A stretch of 64,000 bases of DNA, taken from NCBI GenBank assembly GCA_002763895.1, contig NSLH01000008.1, forward strand, positions 12,914 through 76,913. Direction: 5' to 3'. This stretch comes from [Chlorobium] sp. 445 (GTDB lineage Bacteria; Bacteroidota; Chlorobiia; Chlorobiales; Thermochlorobacteraceae). Shown one piece after another: positions 20,022 through 32,882 of the stretch. Each line of letters begins with the position of its first letter. The stretch's first letter is position 1. A model generated the notes under the pieces. The model had not been told where the DNA came from. It searched no databases and was given only the letters and a program-made list of their open reading frames with translations. A program made the position numbers and the translations under genes.

Positions 20022-20777
20022 ATGATTCAGGGCAAGAAAATTGTCGTGGTTCTGCCAGCATATAATGCCGCGCGTACCTTAGAGCAAACCTACCGTGAAA
20101 TCCCAACCGATATTGTCGATGATGTGATTTTGGTTGATGATGCCAGCAAAGATGAAACGCTTGAAGTTGCTCGTCGTTTGGGGATTCGTCATATCATTCG
20201 CCATGAACGCAATCGTGGATACGGTGGCAATCAGAAAACGTGCTACGACAAAGCGCTTTCGCTCGGTGCAGATGTGGTGATTATGCTTCATCCTGATTAC
20301 CAGTACACGCCGAAACTTATTGCGCCCATGGCACATATCATTGCCAGCGGGCTTTATCCTGTGGTCTTCGGTTCTCGCATTTTAGGCAAAGGCGCACTTA
20401 CGGGCGGTATGCCACTCTACAAGTATGTTGCCAATCGCTTTTTGACACTGGTTCAAAATCTGCTTATGAATCAAAAGCTATCGGAGTACCACACTGGCTA
20501 CCGTGCTTTTTCTCGTGAAGTGCTGCTCAAAGTCAACTATCACGCCAATTCAGACGATTTTATTTTTGACAATCAAATGGTAGCCCAAATTTTCTGGGCA
20601 GGCTTTCAAATTGCAGAAGTCACATGCCCAACCAAGTATTTTGCTGAGGCGTCTTCAATTAATTTTCGACGCAGTGTCACCTACGGCTTTGGTGTGCTGG
20701 GCGTTTCTATGCAATATGCATTGCAAAAATTAGGCATCTGGCGCTTCAAGATTTTTGAGCCAACCCCATGCGATTGA
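20022..20777 (+). CDS. family-2 glycosyltransferase
   Basis: 251 aa. VVVLPAYNAA...VILVDDASKDET...GYGGNQK, the GT2/DPM1-like pattern. Confidence 0.8.
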   Translation: MIQGKKIVVVLPAYNAARTLEQTYREIPTDIVDDVILVDDASKDETLEVARRLGIRHIIRHERNRGYGGNQKTCYDKALSLGADVVIMLHPDYQYTPKLIAPMAHIIASGLYPVVFGSRILGKGALTGGMPLYKYVANRFLTLVQNLLMNQKLSEYHTGYRAFSREVLLKVNYHANSDDFIFDNQMVAQIFWAGFQIAEVTCPTKYFAEASSINFRRSVTYGFGVLGVSMQYALQKLGIWRFKIFEPTPCD

Positions 20778-20809
20778 GCCTGTGTGATTCAACCAGCTTG
20801 TCCTGCAGA

Positions 20810-21157
20810 TTATGAGCCACTTGCCGATGTTGTATGCTCTTTGCTGAAGTTGTAATGTGGATTGAGGTCTCGTACCATCAAGCGTTCGACTGGTTTGCCG
20901 CCCAGAATGTGCTGACGCAAAATTTCTTCGGCTTCTTCGACGGTGGTAATTCGATACCAAATGCCTTCAGGATAGATGACGGTTACTGGACTGAACCCGC
21001 AGGCATCAAGGCAACCAGATTTGTTAGCGCGAATCTCGCGGTGCAGCTTAAGTTCTTTCAATCGCGCTTTGAGATATTGCTGAATCTCTTCACTGCCATA
21101 CTGAGCACAGGTTGCGGTATTTGTGCAGGTAAAAAGGTGGTGGCTAAATCGCATCAA
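20810..21157 (-). CDS. thioredoxin-like [2Fe-2S] ferredoxin
   Basis: 115 aa with Cys pattern C-x4-C...C-x3-C (CTNTATC...CLDAC) and PVTVIYPEGIWY. Confidence 0.75.
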   Translation of the reverse strand: MMRFSHHLFTCTNTATCAQYGSEEIQQYLKARLKELKLHREIRANKSGCLDACGFSPVTVIYPEGIWYRITTVEEAEEILRQHILGGKPVERLMVRDLNPHYNFSKEHTTSASGS

Positions 21158-21263
21158 ATCCTCCGATACTGCTTTGAGGTTAAAAAATGGATCGTAGCAA
21201 ACTTACATTTTTTTTCTTTTTGCAAGAAGCAACTGTTTTTAACACATCATTTACACCAAAAAG

Positions 21264-22808
21264 ATGTCAGCCGCTGTAGAATTGAAGCACATTTCGAAGA
21301 AGTTCGGTGAGTTTTATGCCAATAAGCATGTTTCGCTCACGGTTGAGCATGGCTCGATTCATGCTATTGTTGGCGAGAATGGTGCGGGCAAATCTACCTT
21401 GATGAAAATTCTTTACGGAATGTATCTGCCTGATGAAGGTGAGATTTTCATTGATGGGCAGCGCGCCATTTTACGCTCACCTGCCGATGCCATTCGATTG
21501 GGCGTGGGTATGGTGCATCAACATTTTATGCTGGTGCCCACGCTGAGCGTCCTCGAAAATGTCATTCTTGGCAGTGAGCCTGTGCATAAGCTTCGACTCG
21601 ATGTTGCAACAGCACGCCAGACGCTGCGCTCCCTCTCAAGCCAGTTTGGTCTCTTCGTCGAGCCCGATGCACTGGTCAGTTCTCTCTCTGTCGGTGAAGA
21701 ACAGCGCGTTGAAATTTTGAAGTTGCTCTACCGCAATGCCCGCATTCTGATTCTCGATGAACCTACTGCCGTGCTCACGCCACTCGAAGTGCAGCAACTT
21801 TTCTCTACACTCAAAGCGCTGGCTGCAAAAGGGAACACTATACTCGTCATTACACATAAACTCGATGAAGTTCTCAGTTTCTCTGACTATGTAAGCGTGA
21901 TGCGACAAGGTGAGCTTGTTAAGACACTTCCGACCAAAGAGACTGACAAACACGCACTTGCACGCTTGATGGTTGGCAAAGATGTGCTGTTTAGTCTCTC
22001 CAAGTCCGCCACTGCGACCAACGATACAGTCTTGAATGTGCATGCTCTTACCTACATTGATGCAAAGGGCGTTCGGCGTTTGGATCAGTTATCGTTTTCT
22101 ATTGCGGCTGGTGAAATCTATGGCATTGCTGGTGTTGAAGGCAATGGACAATCCGAATTGCTCAAAACTCTCTGGGGCATGATTGATGAGGGCGCGCGTG
22201 TCTCTGGTGAGATTTTGCTCTCGGGCATCTCACTCTTAGACAAAACGCCACGAGAAATTGCGCAACTTGGAGTCTCACATGTACCAGAAGATCGGCTACG
22301 CTATGCGGTTGTACCCTCTTACACGATTGCAGAGAATCTTGTGTTTGGACGGCACCATGAGCCGAGTTTCTCAGCACGCTTCGGGTTTAGGCTCGATGCC
22401 CTTCACGCCTTCTGCCATGAGATGATTCAAAAGTTTGATGTGCGTTCTGCTAGAGGAATTTCGCCCAGTGAGCGCATTGAGAATCTCTCAGGCGGCAATC
22501 AGCAAAAAGTGGTATCGGCACGTGAACTTTCGCGTCCAAATCTCAAACTGCTCATTTTGGCGCAGCCCACGCGCGGCGTCGACATCGGCGCCATTGAGTT
22601 TATTCATCAACGGATTTTGGACGTGCGTTCGCAAGGCGTTGCCATTTTGCTCATTTCTGCGGAACTCGAAGAAATCATCATGCTCTCGGATAGAATTGGC
22701 TGCCTTTACAAAGGCAACATTCGATACGAATTTTCTTATGAAGAAACTTTACGCCTACGCGAGAGCGTGATGGAGTTCGAAAGAAAAATCGGTGAATACA
22801 TCACTTAA
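21264..22808 (+). CDS. ABC transporter ATP-binding protein, duplicated ATPase (BMP/sugar-nucleoside uptake type)
   Basis: 514 aa. Walker [26 protein letters not shown], and a second half with LSGGNQQKV and a degenerate Walker A. No permease or binding protein is adjacent. Confidence 0.85.
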   Translation: MSAAVELKHISKKFGEFYANKHVSLTVEHGSIHAIVGENGAGKSTLMKILYGMYLPDEGEIFIDGQRAILRSPADAIRLGVGMVHQHFMLVPTLSVLENVILGSEPVHKLRLDVATARQTLRSLSSQFGLFVEPDALVSSLSVGEEQRVEILKLLYRNARILILDEPTAVLTPLEVQQLFSTLKALAAKGNTILVITHKLDEVLSFSDYVSVMRQGELVKTLPTKETDKHALARLMVGKDVLFSLSKSATATNDTVLNVHALTYIDAKGVRRLDQLSFSIAAGEIYGIAGVEGNGQSELLKTLWGMIDEGARVSGEILLSGISLLDKTPREIAQLGVSHVPEDRLRYAVVPSYTIAENLVFGRHHEPSFSARFGFRLDALHAFCHEMIQKFDVRSARGISPSERIENLSGGNQQKVVSARELSRPNLKLLILAQPTRGVDIGAIEFIHQRILDVRSQGVAILLISAELEEIIMLSDRIGCLYKGNIRYEFSYEETLRLRESVMEFERKIGEYIT

Positions 22809-23200
22809 TCCTGCGAACGGCTCTCGACCACAAAGCCTGTACGCGTGCGCTGTGGCTTACCTTTGTATTCCGCTGTTACTTTTTCTGTGATACCGCCACG
22901 GGCTTTCCATTCGGTGATCACCGTAATCTCTCGTGGTTTTAACACCGCCTGCAAGTGATCCAAAATCGTGTTGGTTACATTCTCATAGAAAATCCCAGCA
23001 TTACGGTATTCGAGAAAGTAGTATTTGAGCGACTTCAACTCCACACAGACTTTATCGGGCACATAGCGAATGGTAACTGTGCCAAAGTCTGGCAAGCCAG
23101 TCTTGGGACAGACGGATGTAAACTCAGGATTGACAATTTCAATCGTGTAATCACGGTCAGGGAATTTATTCTCAAACGTTTCGAGCAGTTCTGGCTTCAT
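22805..23200 (-). CDS. queF: NADPH-dependent 7-cyano-7-deazaguanine reductase (type I QueF)
   Basis: 131 aa. Catalytic-Cys motif [14 protein letters not shown] and QueF motif ELKSLKYYF. Confidence 0.9.
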   Translation of the reverse strand: MKPELLETFENKFPDRDYTIEIVNPEFTSVCPKTGLPDFGTVTIRYVPDKVCVELKSLKYYFLEYRNAGIFYENVTNTILDHLQAVLKPREITVITEWKARGGITEKVTAEYKGKPQRTRTGFVVESRSQD

Positions 23201-23292
23201 AAGAGTTACAAGTTAGATTGACCGATGCAAAAATACACTTTGCAAGCGCATCTTCATTGTAGGCTTGCGCTATAGGCATGAATACGACCACA

Positions 23293-26200
23293 TTAGGGTG
23301 AAAAGAAGATGTTCTGCGGCGTGTCACGCCGTTCAATGCGAATGTCGCGCAGCTGTGGTGCCTTGATATTGATTTGCAAAAAGATGCTTGAAAACTGTCC
23401 AATCGGTATCCAGTTTGCACTAAGTTCCCAGCAATGAAAATCACGATTGATTTGGATTTGTGGGGCAAGGAAGCGGCGTTCGCGCACTGAATAGGATGCT
23501 GTGGCACTGACTTTCCAATTTGGTGTTGGCGTAATGGCAAGTTGTCCGCTCAGTGTTGCATCCAGTTCAAGTGGTTGAATTGCATTAAACTGCGAGGCGG
23601 TCAGATTCACATTCAGCGACAAGTTCCAAGGAATATCGTAGTCGACATTGCGTCCGAGTGCTAGCCCGCCTAAATCGTTTGGCAAGATGGTTGCACTGGC
23701 GTTTTGCAGTTGCGGCTGCGTGGTATCTGCAAAGGTTTGCCGTTCAGGATTTTGCTGACGCTGCCCTGCTAAGCTCGTTGAGAATTGTAACGAAGCCTGC
23801 GTTAGGCGAAGAAAGCCCTTGCCATCGTTCCACAAGAATCGATTGACACGCTGCCCCGTCTGCTCATCATAACTATAAAAATCAAATGCTGCTGTGGCGT
23901 TTAGTGAGAGTAAGGGTGCCAGTGTATTACTCTGTGCGTTAAGTGAAAGTGGTGCAAGATTAAATTCAGGTGCTGCAAAGTTGTAACCAGTGCTTAAGCC
24001 TAAGTTTAGGGCTTGCACCACCATTTCATTGCGTGCTGGGTCATCAATGGCTTTCGTGGTGTCCAGCACTGCAACCTTGATTTCAAAAATGTTTTGCAAG
24101 CTAATGTTGATGGATTGACTGATGCCCGGCACGCTGCTAAAGAGTGAGCGTTCATATCGATTAAACCGCTGCTCTTGTCCTTGCGCATTGATAAATGTGC
24201 CAAAGTTACCGAATTCTGGGCGCTGAAAATCGGGGCTAAAGACAAATGAGATATTCGGCTGCACGGTGTGCCGAATCGCCTTTAAGCCAATGAAGTCTTC
24301 AAGAAACGGCGTAAAGAGTATACCGAAGAGCCGTGAACTGACACCGGCAGACAATGAGTAGGTCGTAAAGCCTGTAAAGCCGCGTATCTCCACGGTGGTA
24401 TCACGCTGTGTTGCAGGATTGACAAACTTTGTAATGGTGCGATCGACCAAGTTTGTATTGAGTGCCAAGCCGAAGTTGAAACTTGTAGTGTAGCGCGGTA
24501 AGACCAGCGAAAAGTTAATCGGATATTGAATCTGCACCCCCGACTTTTCACGGTCAGGATTAAACTGCCTGATACTTTGTGCATTTTGATATTGTCCTGA
24601 GACAGACACATTCGTCGAGAGCGTATATTGCAATCCCCGGCGCGATCTCTTGCTGCACATTAAAGCCAAACTGGGTACTTGCATTAGCGGTCGCTGAAAA
24701 TGTCGTATCCGTGTTGTTGTAGCTACCGCTCACTGTCAGGTTTGGTGCAAGACCGATTTGTTCCAAGAATCCTCTGCCTGTGCTTTTTCTTGGACGAAAT
24801 GGGAAAAATTGGATTTGATTGAAACTGAGTGTTACGCTATTGGTGAGATTTGTTTCTCTGAGGTTCTGTGTGCGTTGGTAGCCGATGTTTATTGTGCGTT
24901 CGTTTTCGCCGAAGGTCTTTTGGAATGTAGCATTCGATGTAGCTTGCTGGCTCAAGATATTCTGAGGGTTAAAGGTTTGCAAACTAAATTGGTTACCGTT
25001 TACAAAATTCAGGTTTGCCGAAAGCGACATCGTGGGGTCAAAGTTTTGTGTATGCTGAATGCCAAGGTTCCACACGTCGTTTTGCCTAAAATCTGGGTCA
25101 ATAGCTTCGTTGAAGAGTTGGCGCTCGAATTCTGCTGTAATTGTACCTTGGAAGTCATAGCGTTTGACATAGCGCAATGCACCGCCCAGACGCCAACTGC
25201 CACGAAAACCGATATCGCCTACAATGCGCGCATCAAGGTAATCGCTAATTGCAAAGTAGTAACCGCCCTGCGCCAGATTCCACCCCTTGAAATTGTCTCG
25301 TCCATAGCGCGGTACAATGATGCCTGACGAACGCCCTGCACGTGTTGGGAAAAATGCAAACGGCAATGCAAACACAGGCACATCTTCCACATAGAGCACC
25401 ACAGGACGCGCAATGACTTTATCGCCCGGAATGATTTTCATTTCCCTGCAATAGAAAAAGAAGTGTGGAATAGGATGATTGCATGTGGTGTAAAATGCAT
25501 CTTGCACATTGAGCTCGCCAGTTGCTTGACGCTTGATTGTTGCCCCACGGTAAATTCCGTTGTCAATGACCGTCTCAACATACTTGACTTTACCGCGCTT
25601 TGTCTTGAAGTTGTAGGACATGGTCTCTGCGTCGTATTCACCTGTGGGATCACGGAACTTTGGACTGATAATCGGCTCTCCCTTTTGATCATACACACTC
25701 TTTGCAGTGATCGTGTAGGTTTCAGGCTGCATCACCACTTCGGGGGCTAACAGTTTAAAGTCTTGATAGTCAATTTTAGTGTCGCCATAGAGTTTGATTT
25801 CTTTTGTCTCCAAATCAAATACGACGGAATCTTTTGCACTGTAAAAGACAATTGTATCCAACTCCCCTTCACGCATCTTGGCGAGCTCAATGAACTCAAG
25901 CGAATCGATGATTTCGAGTGTGGCTTTACCGAAGATGCTTCGTCCAATTGGTTGGATGCCGAGGCGAATGCTATCGGCAACGAAGCTCACTTGTGGTGCA
26001 GGCAGCGGCAGAATTACCGCACGCTTGGTGCGATCGACTTGGCGTTGTTCTCGCAGCGGTAAAGGTTTTTCGCGCAGTATTTCCGTCGGCTTTTGAATCA
26101 CCAGTCGACGTGCCGTATCGCTGTCTTTCGATAAAGTTTGCGCTCGAATTTTTTCCTGTTTCCCGCTTGGCTTAGTAGGCGCCGATGCTTGAAGTGTGTC

Positions 26201-26525
26201 TAATTGCTTTTTATCAGCTTGCTGCGTTTTTTTCTTGCGGTTGGCTAGTGTCGGGTTGTGCGGTCTTTTCTTTCTGCCGCTCTAAGGAAGTGCGTGCCTC
26301 TTGCAGCGTATCCTGCACTTTGCCTGGCGTATCTGCTTTGATGGCTACAGTATCTTTGTTGTCAAGCGCATCAGTTGGGCGTGCAAGGCTAAGCGAGTCA
26401 GACAGCGGTGCATCACCTTTGCCTATTTGCACCTGAGATGTGCGACAGGCAGCAAGCCAAAGACTAAGCAGTAAGCAGAAGAAACGGATACAACGAGATG
26501 CTAAAGCGCACGTAGGAACAGTCAT
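23293..26525 (-). pseudogene. LptD-like (LptD_2-type) LPS-assembly outer-membrane protein, two frameshifts
   Basis: Three track ORFs (26214-26525, 24560-26101, 23293-24684) join into about 1,075 aa. The T7 run at 26227-26233 links the signal-peptide ORF to an open frame running into MIQKPTEIL... The C4 run at 24635-24638 links ...NVQQEIAPG to LQYTLSTNVSV... The core (YTTCNHPIPHFFF, FALPFAFFP, SSGIIVPRYG, GGYYFAISDYLD) matches the Bacteroidota LptD family. Confidence 0.75.
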
Positions 26526-26530
26526 TGGTT

Positions 26531-28569
26531 TTACAGAGACTTTCTCTCAAGCTCGGTTGAAATGGTCAGTTGAATTTGCGCCTCGTTCGAGAAAATTTTT
26601 TCGGCTCTCAGTCGCTTACTCTGTTGTAAAACTCCATAGCGCGGGGCAATTTCGCTGTCTTCAAGATATACATGCTCTACATTGTCTATGCGCAACACGA
26701 GTTGAGTGCCGCTTTCCAGATGTTGCAGCATAAATTGTTCTCTGTTTTGCTTGCTGACCTGAATGTCTGGTGCAAAGTGTAGATAAAGCTCGGCTCGGTG
26801 CTGCCCCTTTCCCAGAAGCATGTCGCTTATTTGAAATGTCTCTTTCGTTTTATTTAGCGTGTAGTTTCGCCGATGCGTTATGGGGTTGGCAAGGAAGGTA
26901 TATGCGCTATGTTCAACGAGCAGGTCATCGCATTCGTGTGAAGACAGCCATTTCAAAATTTTGGATTGGTACGGTCGCGCCTCACTTTGAAGGGGCTGAC
27001 AAATTCAGCTAGTTCTATGCCGTCAATCATAATTGTATTGTGTGCGCGCGTGGAGCGAAATTGATTGCGCCGTGCTTTGTCAGATGTGTAGCAGTAGGTA
27101 CCTGAATCGGTAATGAAGGTTACGCCATTACAGCAAAGTTCAAAGGAGAACGTGTCGTTGTGTCCATGCCCACCCCAGCCATGTTTGCCAAGTTCGCCTG
27201 CATCGATAACGATATGCATGTTTTTGGAGCGCAGCACTGCAAATTGACTTTTTGGCAATAGTTTTGATGTCAGCGGCGCTGTATCTGACGCCATGCGCTG
27301 AAAGTTTTCCCATCCTTCAATGCCCAAATGCCACAGCGCATGTTCAGAAAAGTCTGTTGCGGCGGCTTTGAAATCGCTACGTTGAAACACGATGCTGGCT
27401 GTTACCAGTCGGTCGCGCTGTGCGTTGTAATCACTTTCTGCATTGAACCAAAACAGTTTGCCATCATCACTATCGCCAATAAGCGGCAGTGTTCCATCAG
27501 GTTTTAAGCAGTAGAGCATTACTTCGAACATTTTCTCAAGCCGCGCTTTGAAGGCTTCCGAGAAAGGCGCTTTGTTCAGGCGCGCTAAAATGAACGCTGC
27601 AAGCAACATCTCACTTACAAAAGCGTGATAGGGCAGACTCATTTCGTAATCCATGCCGTCGTCGTAGGTTTGTGCCAGAATTTCTTCCTCTAAAATTTTT
27701 TTAGCGCTCGTAATCCATGTTTGAGCGCGCGCGCTTTGCTTGAAGAAAAATCCGAGCATGAGCAATCCTACTGCATCGGCAATGAGATGATTGCCACTGC
27801 GGCGTGTGTATTCCAGATTATGCTCAATATAGATGCCATGCTGAAACAGCGCTTTGAGGTAGTCAATCCAGAAGCGCGTATGATTTTTGTCATCACAGAA
27901 AAAGTAAAACCCAGCAATCCAGTTTGCAGCACGCAGTGCCACTTCCATCGCATTAAGCCAATTGATACCGTAGCAAAAGGGATTTTTCTTTTGCCAGTCT
28001 TCAATCAGCTCCATGAATTTGTCTTTGTAGCTTGTGCGATTTGTTGTCCAATAGGCTTTGCCCAGTGTCCAGATGAAACTTGCACGCGACAATTCCCAAG
28101 GCAGTTTGATGTCTGCACCATCGGTTTTGAGCAAGATGTTTGCATAGAATGATGCGGCATCAAATGTGTAACCTGATTTCCAATCCAAATGCCAGTTCCA
28201 CTCCTGCTCAAATTGATGTTCTGTGCCCAGCAGTGCAATTTTGCCGCGCATAATTTTTTCGGCTTGCATCACAAGTTCCTGTTGTGGATGCAGGCGCATG
28301 AGCAATTGCAAAAAAAAATCTTTGCGGTTTGCAGCGCTAAAGAAGAAGTTGTATTGCGTGCGGCGCACAAAGGAGTCCAAAAATGCTTCGGGCTCGGCTG
28401 GTGCACCAGAGAAGAGCAAAAAAAACGCAGTGTCTGAGTACCGCTCTGGGGCAAGACGTTCTTTGAGCAGAAACCACGTTCGGCGGATAAAGTAGTGTTT
28501 GAAAATGTTGCGATAGACGCTCAGCATGCTTGTTTTCGGTGATGCTAAAACAGCGCGCAAATAACGCAA
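26531..28569 (-). pseudogene. heparinase II/III-family protein, frameshifted
   Basis: ORF 26953-28569 has the heparinase II/III-like core (LPWELSRASF, GNHLIADAVGL, GGHGHNDTFSFEL, RAHNTIMIDG). ORF 26531-26956 is its C-terminal continuation. The break is at the A4T4 run at 26955-26962, and correction gives ...RDRTNPKILKWLSSHECDD... Confidence 0.75.
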
Positions 28570-28620
28570 AATGCACGGTAAAGAAAAATGCTTTTTTGCG
28601 ATGCGTTAGTTTGCCATCTT

Positions 28621-29445
28621 TTAATCGCAAAGGGCTTGGCGCATTTTCTGCACATGCTCTTCTGCTCTTTTGGCTATAGCCTGCTCGAAGGCAGATACAG
28701 TCTTGTATTCTCCCTCAGGATAAATCAGTGCACGACCGATATTGATGACAGCTGACGCCTTTTCTTTGTCGACACCATAGCGTATGGCTTCTGTCAGTGA
28801 GCCACCTTGTGCACCGACCCCCGGTATCAAGAGACATAACTCTGGCGCGGCTTGTCGGATTTCGTGCAGGGCTTCGGTGCGTGTCGCCCCAGCTACAAGC
28901 CCCACATTCCCAAATTGATTCCACTCGTTTGCTTTATGCAGCACAGCTTCATAGAGCCGCTTTCCACTTTGTAACCTGCGCTCTTCAAAATCTTCTGCGC
29001 CACGATTGGATGTCAAACACAGCACAAAACTCAGTTTCTCTTTATAGGCAAGAAATGGCTCAATCGAGTCATAGCCCATGTACGGCGGCACTGTTACGGC
29101 ATCAAAACCCCATGTCTCAAAAAACGCTTTTGCATATAGGCGCGAAGTATTGCCAATATCTGCACGCTTTGCATCAGCAATCGAGATTGCTTGCTTGGGT
29201 AATTCCATCATTATTGCCTCGAGCGCACGCAATCCTTTAAGTCCGAGTGCTTCGTAGAAGGCAAAATTAGGTTTGTAAGCCACTGCCCATTCTGCTGTTG
29301 CTCTGACAACTGCGCGCATAAATTCCAGTACAGGGTCTGCACGGTTCAAAAACAGCGATGGGATTTTTTCCATATCGGGGTCTAAACCTACACAGAGCCA
29401 TGAGTGCTTTTCTGCGATGTATTGATTGAGCCGTGTTTTAATCAT
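28621..29445 (-). CDS. pyrF: orotidine 5'-phosphate decarboxylase (type 2)
   Basis: 274 aa. LCVGLDPD...YKPNFAFYE...ADAKRADIGNTS...PGVGAQGG. Confidence 0.9.
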   Translation of the reverse strand: MIKTRLNQYIAEKHSWLCVGLDPDMEKIPSLFLNRADPVLEFMRAVVRATAEWAVAYKPNFAFYEALGLKGLRALEAIMMELPKQAISIADAKRADIGNTSRLYAKAFFETWGFDAVTVPPYMGYDSIEPFLAYKEKLSFVLCLTSNRGAEDFEERRLQSGKRLYEAVLHKANEWNQFGNVGLVAGATRTEALHEIRQAAPELCLLIPGVGAQGGSLTEAIRYGVDKEKASAVINIGRALIYPEGEYKTVSAFEQAIAKRAEEHVQKMRQALCD

Positions 29446-29622
29446 GCTATTGAAGATGTTAAGACTGCGCTGTATCGCTGCAAAGAGATTGCGTTTCTCT
29501 TTGTAGATTCAGAAAGCAGCTTGGAAAACACGCCCTGTTTAGTTTAGTAACCTTTTGCAGGGCTTACTCAAAAAAATGTCTTTCAAGAGATTTCTCAAAA
29601 GAATGGATTCAAACGAAGTTTT

Positions 29623-30831
29623 ATGATCACTCAACCCTTCTCTTATGCTGCCCCAGATGCGCGCGGGCACTTTGGCATATATGGCGGCAAGTTTGTCCCA
29701 GAAACCCTCATCAAAAATGCCGAGGACTTAGAGCGTGAATATACTCGTGCAAAAGCTGACCCTGAATTTTGGGCGGAGTACGAGGATTTGCTCACGCACT
29801 TTGTTGGTCGTCCTACGCCGCTTTACTATGCCAAACGTCTTTCTGAAGAACTTGGCGGCGCAAAAATTTACCTTAAACGTGAAGACCTCTGCCACACAGG
29901 CGCACACAAAATCAACAATGCGATTGGACAAGTTCTGCTTGCCAAACGCATGGGCAAACCGCGGATTATTGCTGAAACTGGTGCAGGTCAGCATGGTGTT
30001 GCTACGGCAACAGTCTGCGCGCTCTTTGGCTTGGAGTGTGTCGTCTATATGGGAGAGGAAGACATTGCGCGCCAAGCTCCAAATGTGGCAAGGATGAAAC
30101 TCTTAGGTGCAACAGTTGTACCTGTTTCATCGGGTAGCCGTACGCTCAAAGATGCCACCAGCGAAGCCATCCGCGACTGGGTAACGAACCCTGATGAGAC
30201 ATTTTACATTATCGGTTCAGTTGTCGGCATGCATCCTTATCCCATGATGGTGCGTGATTTTCAAAGTGTGATTGGTAAAGAGACTCGCGCGCAAATTTTG
30301 GAACGCGAGGAAAAACTGCCGACACTTATCACAGCTTGCGTGGGTGGCGGCTCCAATGCGATGGGCATGTTTTATCCTTTTTTGAACGATGTGCCACAGG
30401 TCAAACTCGTTGGCGTAGAGGCTGCTGGTGAAGGCTTAGACAAACGCCATGCGGCAACCCTGACCAAAGGCAAGCCCGGTGTTCTGCACGGCGCCATGAT
30501 GTATCTGCTGCAAAACGATGATGGGCAAATTGAACTTGCACATTCTATTTCTGCTGGCTTAGATTATCCGGGCGTCGGTCCTGAACATAGCTACCTCAAG
30601 GACTTAGGTCTCGTTCAATACGAATGTGCTACCGATGATGAAGCCATGCAAGCTCTCAAAACACTTGCGCGCACTGAAGGCATTATCTGCGCAATTGAAA
30701 CTGCGCATGCCGTTCATTACGCAATTCAAACCGCACCTAAGATGAAACACGATGAGATACTCATTATCTGCCTTTCTGGACGTGGCGATAAAGACCTTAA
30801 CACAATCATGACCTACTTTGAGATGCAGTAG
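29623..30831 (+). CDS. trpB: tryptophan synthase beta chain
   Basis: 402 aa. [12 protein letters not shown]-Lys motif [27 protein letters not shown]. Confidence 0.95.
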   Translation: MITQPFSYAAPDARGHFGIYGGKFVPETLIKNAEDLEREYTRAKADPEFWAEYEDLLTHFVGRPTPLYYAKRLSEELGGAKIYLKREDLCHTGAHKINNAIGQVLLAKRMGKPRIIAETGAGQHGVATATVCALFGLECVVYMGEEDIARQAPNVARMKLLGATVVPVSSGSRTLKDATSEAIRDWVTNPDETFYIIGSVVGMHPYPMMVRDFQSVIGKETRAQILEREEKLPTLITACVGGGSNAMGMFYPFLNDVPQVKLVGVEAAGEGLDKRHAATLTKGKPGVLHGAMMYLLQNDDGQIELAHSISAGLDYPGVGPEHSYLKDLGLVQYECATDDEAMQALKTLARTEGIICAIETAHAVHYAIQTAPKMKHDEILIICLSGRGDKDLNTIMTYFEMQ

Positions 30832-30908
30832 CGCGTTGCAAATGATGTAGGAGAAACTGGGGCTTATTCTGCTTCGTTAAAGCGTCGCTCCGATTTAGGC
30901 TTGCGCAC

Positions 30909-31474
30909 ATGCTGATTGCGTTTCACAAACCTTATGGCACACTCTCACAATTTACGCCTGATGGGTCGCCGCATCGCACGCTTGCTGAGTTCGGATTTCC
31001 AAAAAATGTCTATCCTCTTGGTCGCTTAGATGCTGATTCGGAAGGGCTGCTGCTACTTTCTGATGAAAAGCATCTCAATAAAAAAAACTTTTAGACCCAA
31101 CAGCGGCGCATCGGCGGGTGTATTATGCTCAGGTGGAGCGCATTCCCACGCCTGAAGCACTCTCGAAGCTGGAGCGCGGCGTTGTGATTCAAGGGTATAG
31201 AACATTGCCCTGCCGAGCGTATTTGCTTGATGTGGAACCAGCCTTTCCGCCACGTGTGCCGCCGATTCGTTATCGACGCAGCATACCCACGGCTTGGATT
31301 GCCCTTGAACTTGTCGAAGGCAAGAACCGCCAAGTGCGCAGGATGACCGCTGCGATTGGCTATCCGACCTTGCGCCTAATTCGCATCCAGATTGGCAAGT
31401 TTGCTCTTGGCAATTTGCCTGCTGGTCAATGGAAAGTGCTTACCCCTGACGAGCGCCGACAGGTCTTCTCATAG
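30909..31474 (+). pseudogene. rluE: RluE/RsuA-family pseudouridine synthase (no S4 domain), frameshifted
   Basis: ORF 30909-31094 carries the catalytic GRLDADSEGLLLLS. ORF 31118-31474 carries [10 protein letters not shown]. The break is in the A8 run at 31080-31087, and one more A gives ...[26 protein letters not shown]... Confidence 0.8.
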
Positions 31475-31553
31475 ATAAACACTGTTGCTGATTTTTATGC
31501 GCTCACCATTTCAAGCGAAGCGCGCACCATCTATCTGCAGCCTGCAACGTTTG

Positions 31554-32882
31554 TTAGGTGTTGCGCACTTCTAATTCACGCCGCAAGGCTTCGCGCTCAA
31601 TTTCGAGGCGACGAATCTCTCGGTTGATTTTATCTAACTCTTCTGGCATGCTATCGATTTCCAATCGCAATTTGGAGGCAGCTTCATCAATAAGGTCGAT
31701 TGCTTTGTCGGGCAGAAATCTGTCGGAGATGTATCGGTTTGAGAGTTCTGCTGCTGCCACAATAGCCGCATCGGTGATGCGCACGCCGTGATGAATCTCA
31801 TATTTTTCTTTCAAGCCACGCAAAATGGAAATTGTATCTTCCACACTTGGCTCTTGCACGAATACGGTCTGGAAGCGGCGCTCGAGTGCAGCGTCTTTTT
31901 CAATATACTTGCGGTATTCGTCAAGTGTTGTCGCACCAATTGCTCGCAGTTCGCCGCGTGCCAGCGCTGGTTTGAGGATATTTGCTGCATCCATTGAGCC
32001 GCCTTCTGTTGCACCTGCGCCCACCAGCAAGTGGATTTCGTCAATGAACAAAATCACCTCGCCATCGGATTGCTGCACTTCACTTACGATTGCTTTGAGG
32101 CGTTCTTCAAAATCACCTCTGAATTTTGTGCCTGCCACGAGTGCTGCAACATCCAGTGCATGAATGCGTTTGCTCTTCAAGTTTTCAGGGACATCGCCTG
32201 CCACGATGCGCTGCGCAATACCTTCAGCAATGGCAGTTTTACCTACGCCCGGCTCACCGATAAGAATGGGATTGTTCTTTGTGCGGCGCGAAAGAATTTG
32301 CAAGACCCGACGGATTTCTTCATCGCGCCCGATGACCGGATCGAGTTTGCCTCTTCGTGCCAAATCATTGAGATCGCGCGAGTATTTTTTGAGGGCGTTG
32401 TATCGGTCTTCGGCATTCGGATCGGTGATGCGTTGTGAGCCACGCAGTGTTGCCAAGGCTTGCAGCACTTTGTCTTTGCTTACGCCTGCATCCGTCAGAA
32501 TGCGACCTACTTTTTGAGCAGACTCGACCATAGCAAGAAAAAGATGCTCTGAGCCGATGAATTCATCTTTCATACTTTCCGCAATGCTCGAGGCCCCATC
32601 GAGAATTTTGGCAAGATTTTGTGAGAGATACTGCCCTGAGACCGATGCGCCTGTTACCTTTGGGAATCGGTCAATTTCGCGTTCCAAAATTGAGATGAGC
32701 ATTTCGGTCTGCACGCCCATCTTTTCACAAATCTGAAAGGCGATATTTTCTCGCTTGCAGAGCAGCGCCCAGAGCAGGTGCTCGGGCTCAATTTGCTGAT
32801 GCTGATTTTTGCTTGCTTTATCTACTGCGTCTTGAAATGCTTCTTGCGCACGCAGAGTAAATTTGTTCGGATTAAAGTTCAT
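31554..32882 (-). pseudogene. clpB: ClpB chaperone, truncated after NBD1 and the start of the M-domain
   Basis: The likely start is the ATG at 32882, preceded by AAGGGAG (the track ORF extends to 32906). It has the Clp N-domain, Walker A GEPGVGKT and Walker B ILFIDEIH. It ends ...[17 protein letters not shown], so the rest of the coiled coil and all of NBD2 (about 400 aa) are absent. Confidence 0.8.

Noticed and set aside
26214-26525. 103-aa ORF that looks like a stand-alone lipoprotein upstream of the LptD-like gene
   Set aside because: The LptD-like ORF lacks its own signal peptide. The frame entered by a 1-nt change in the T7 run (26227-26233) is stop-free into it, so this is best read as the N-terminus of one frameshifted gene.
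29576-29626. 16-codon upstream ORF ([16 protein letters not shown]) overlapping the trpB start, considered as a possible Trp attenuation leader
   Set aside because: It contains no Trp codons, and I could find no alternative terminator/antiterminator hairpins with a U-tract.
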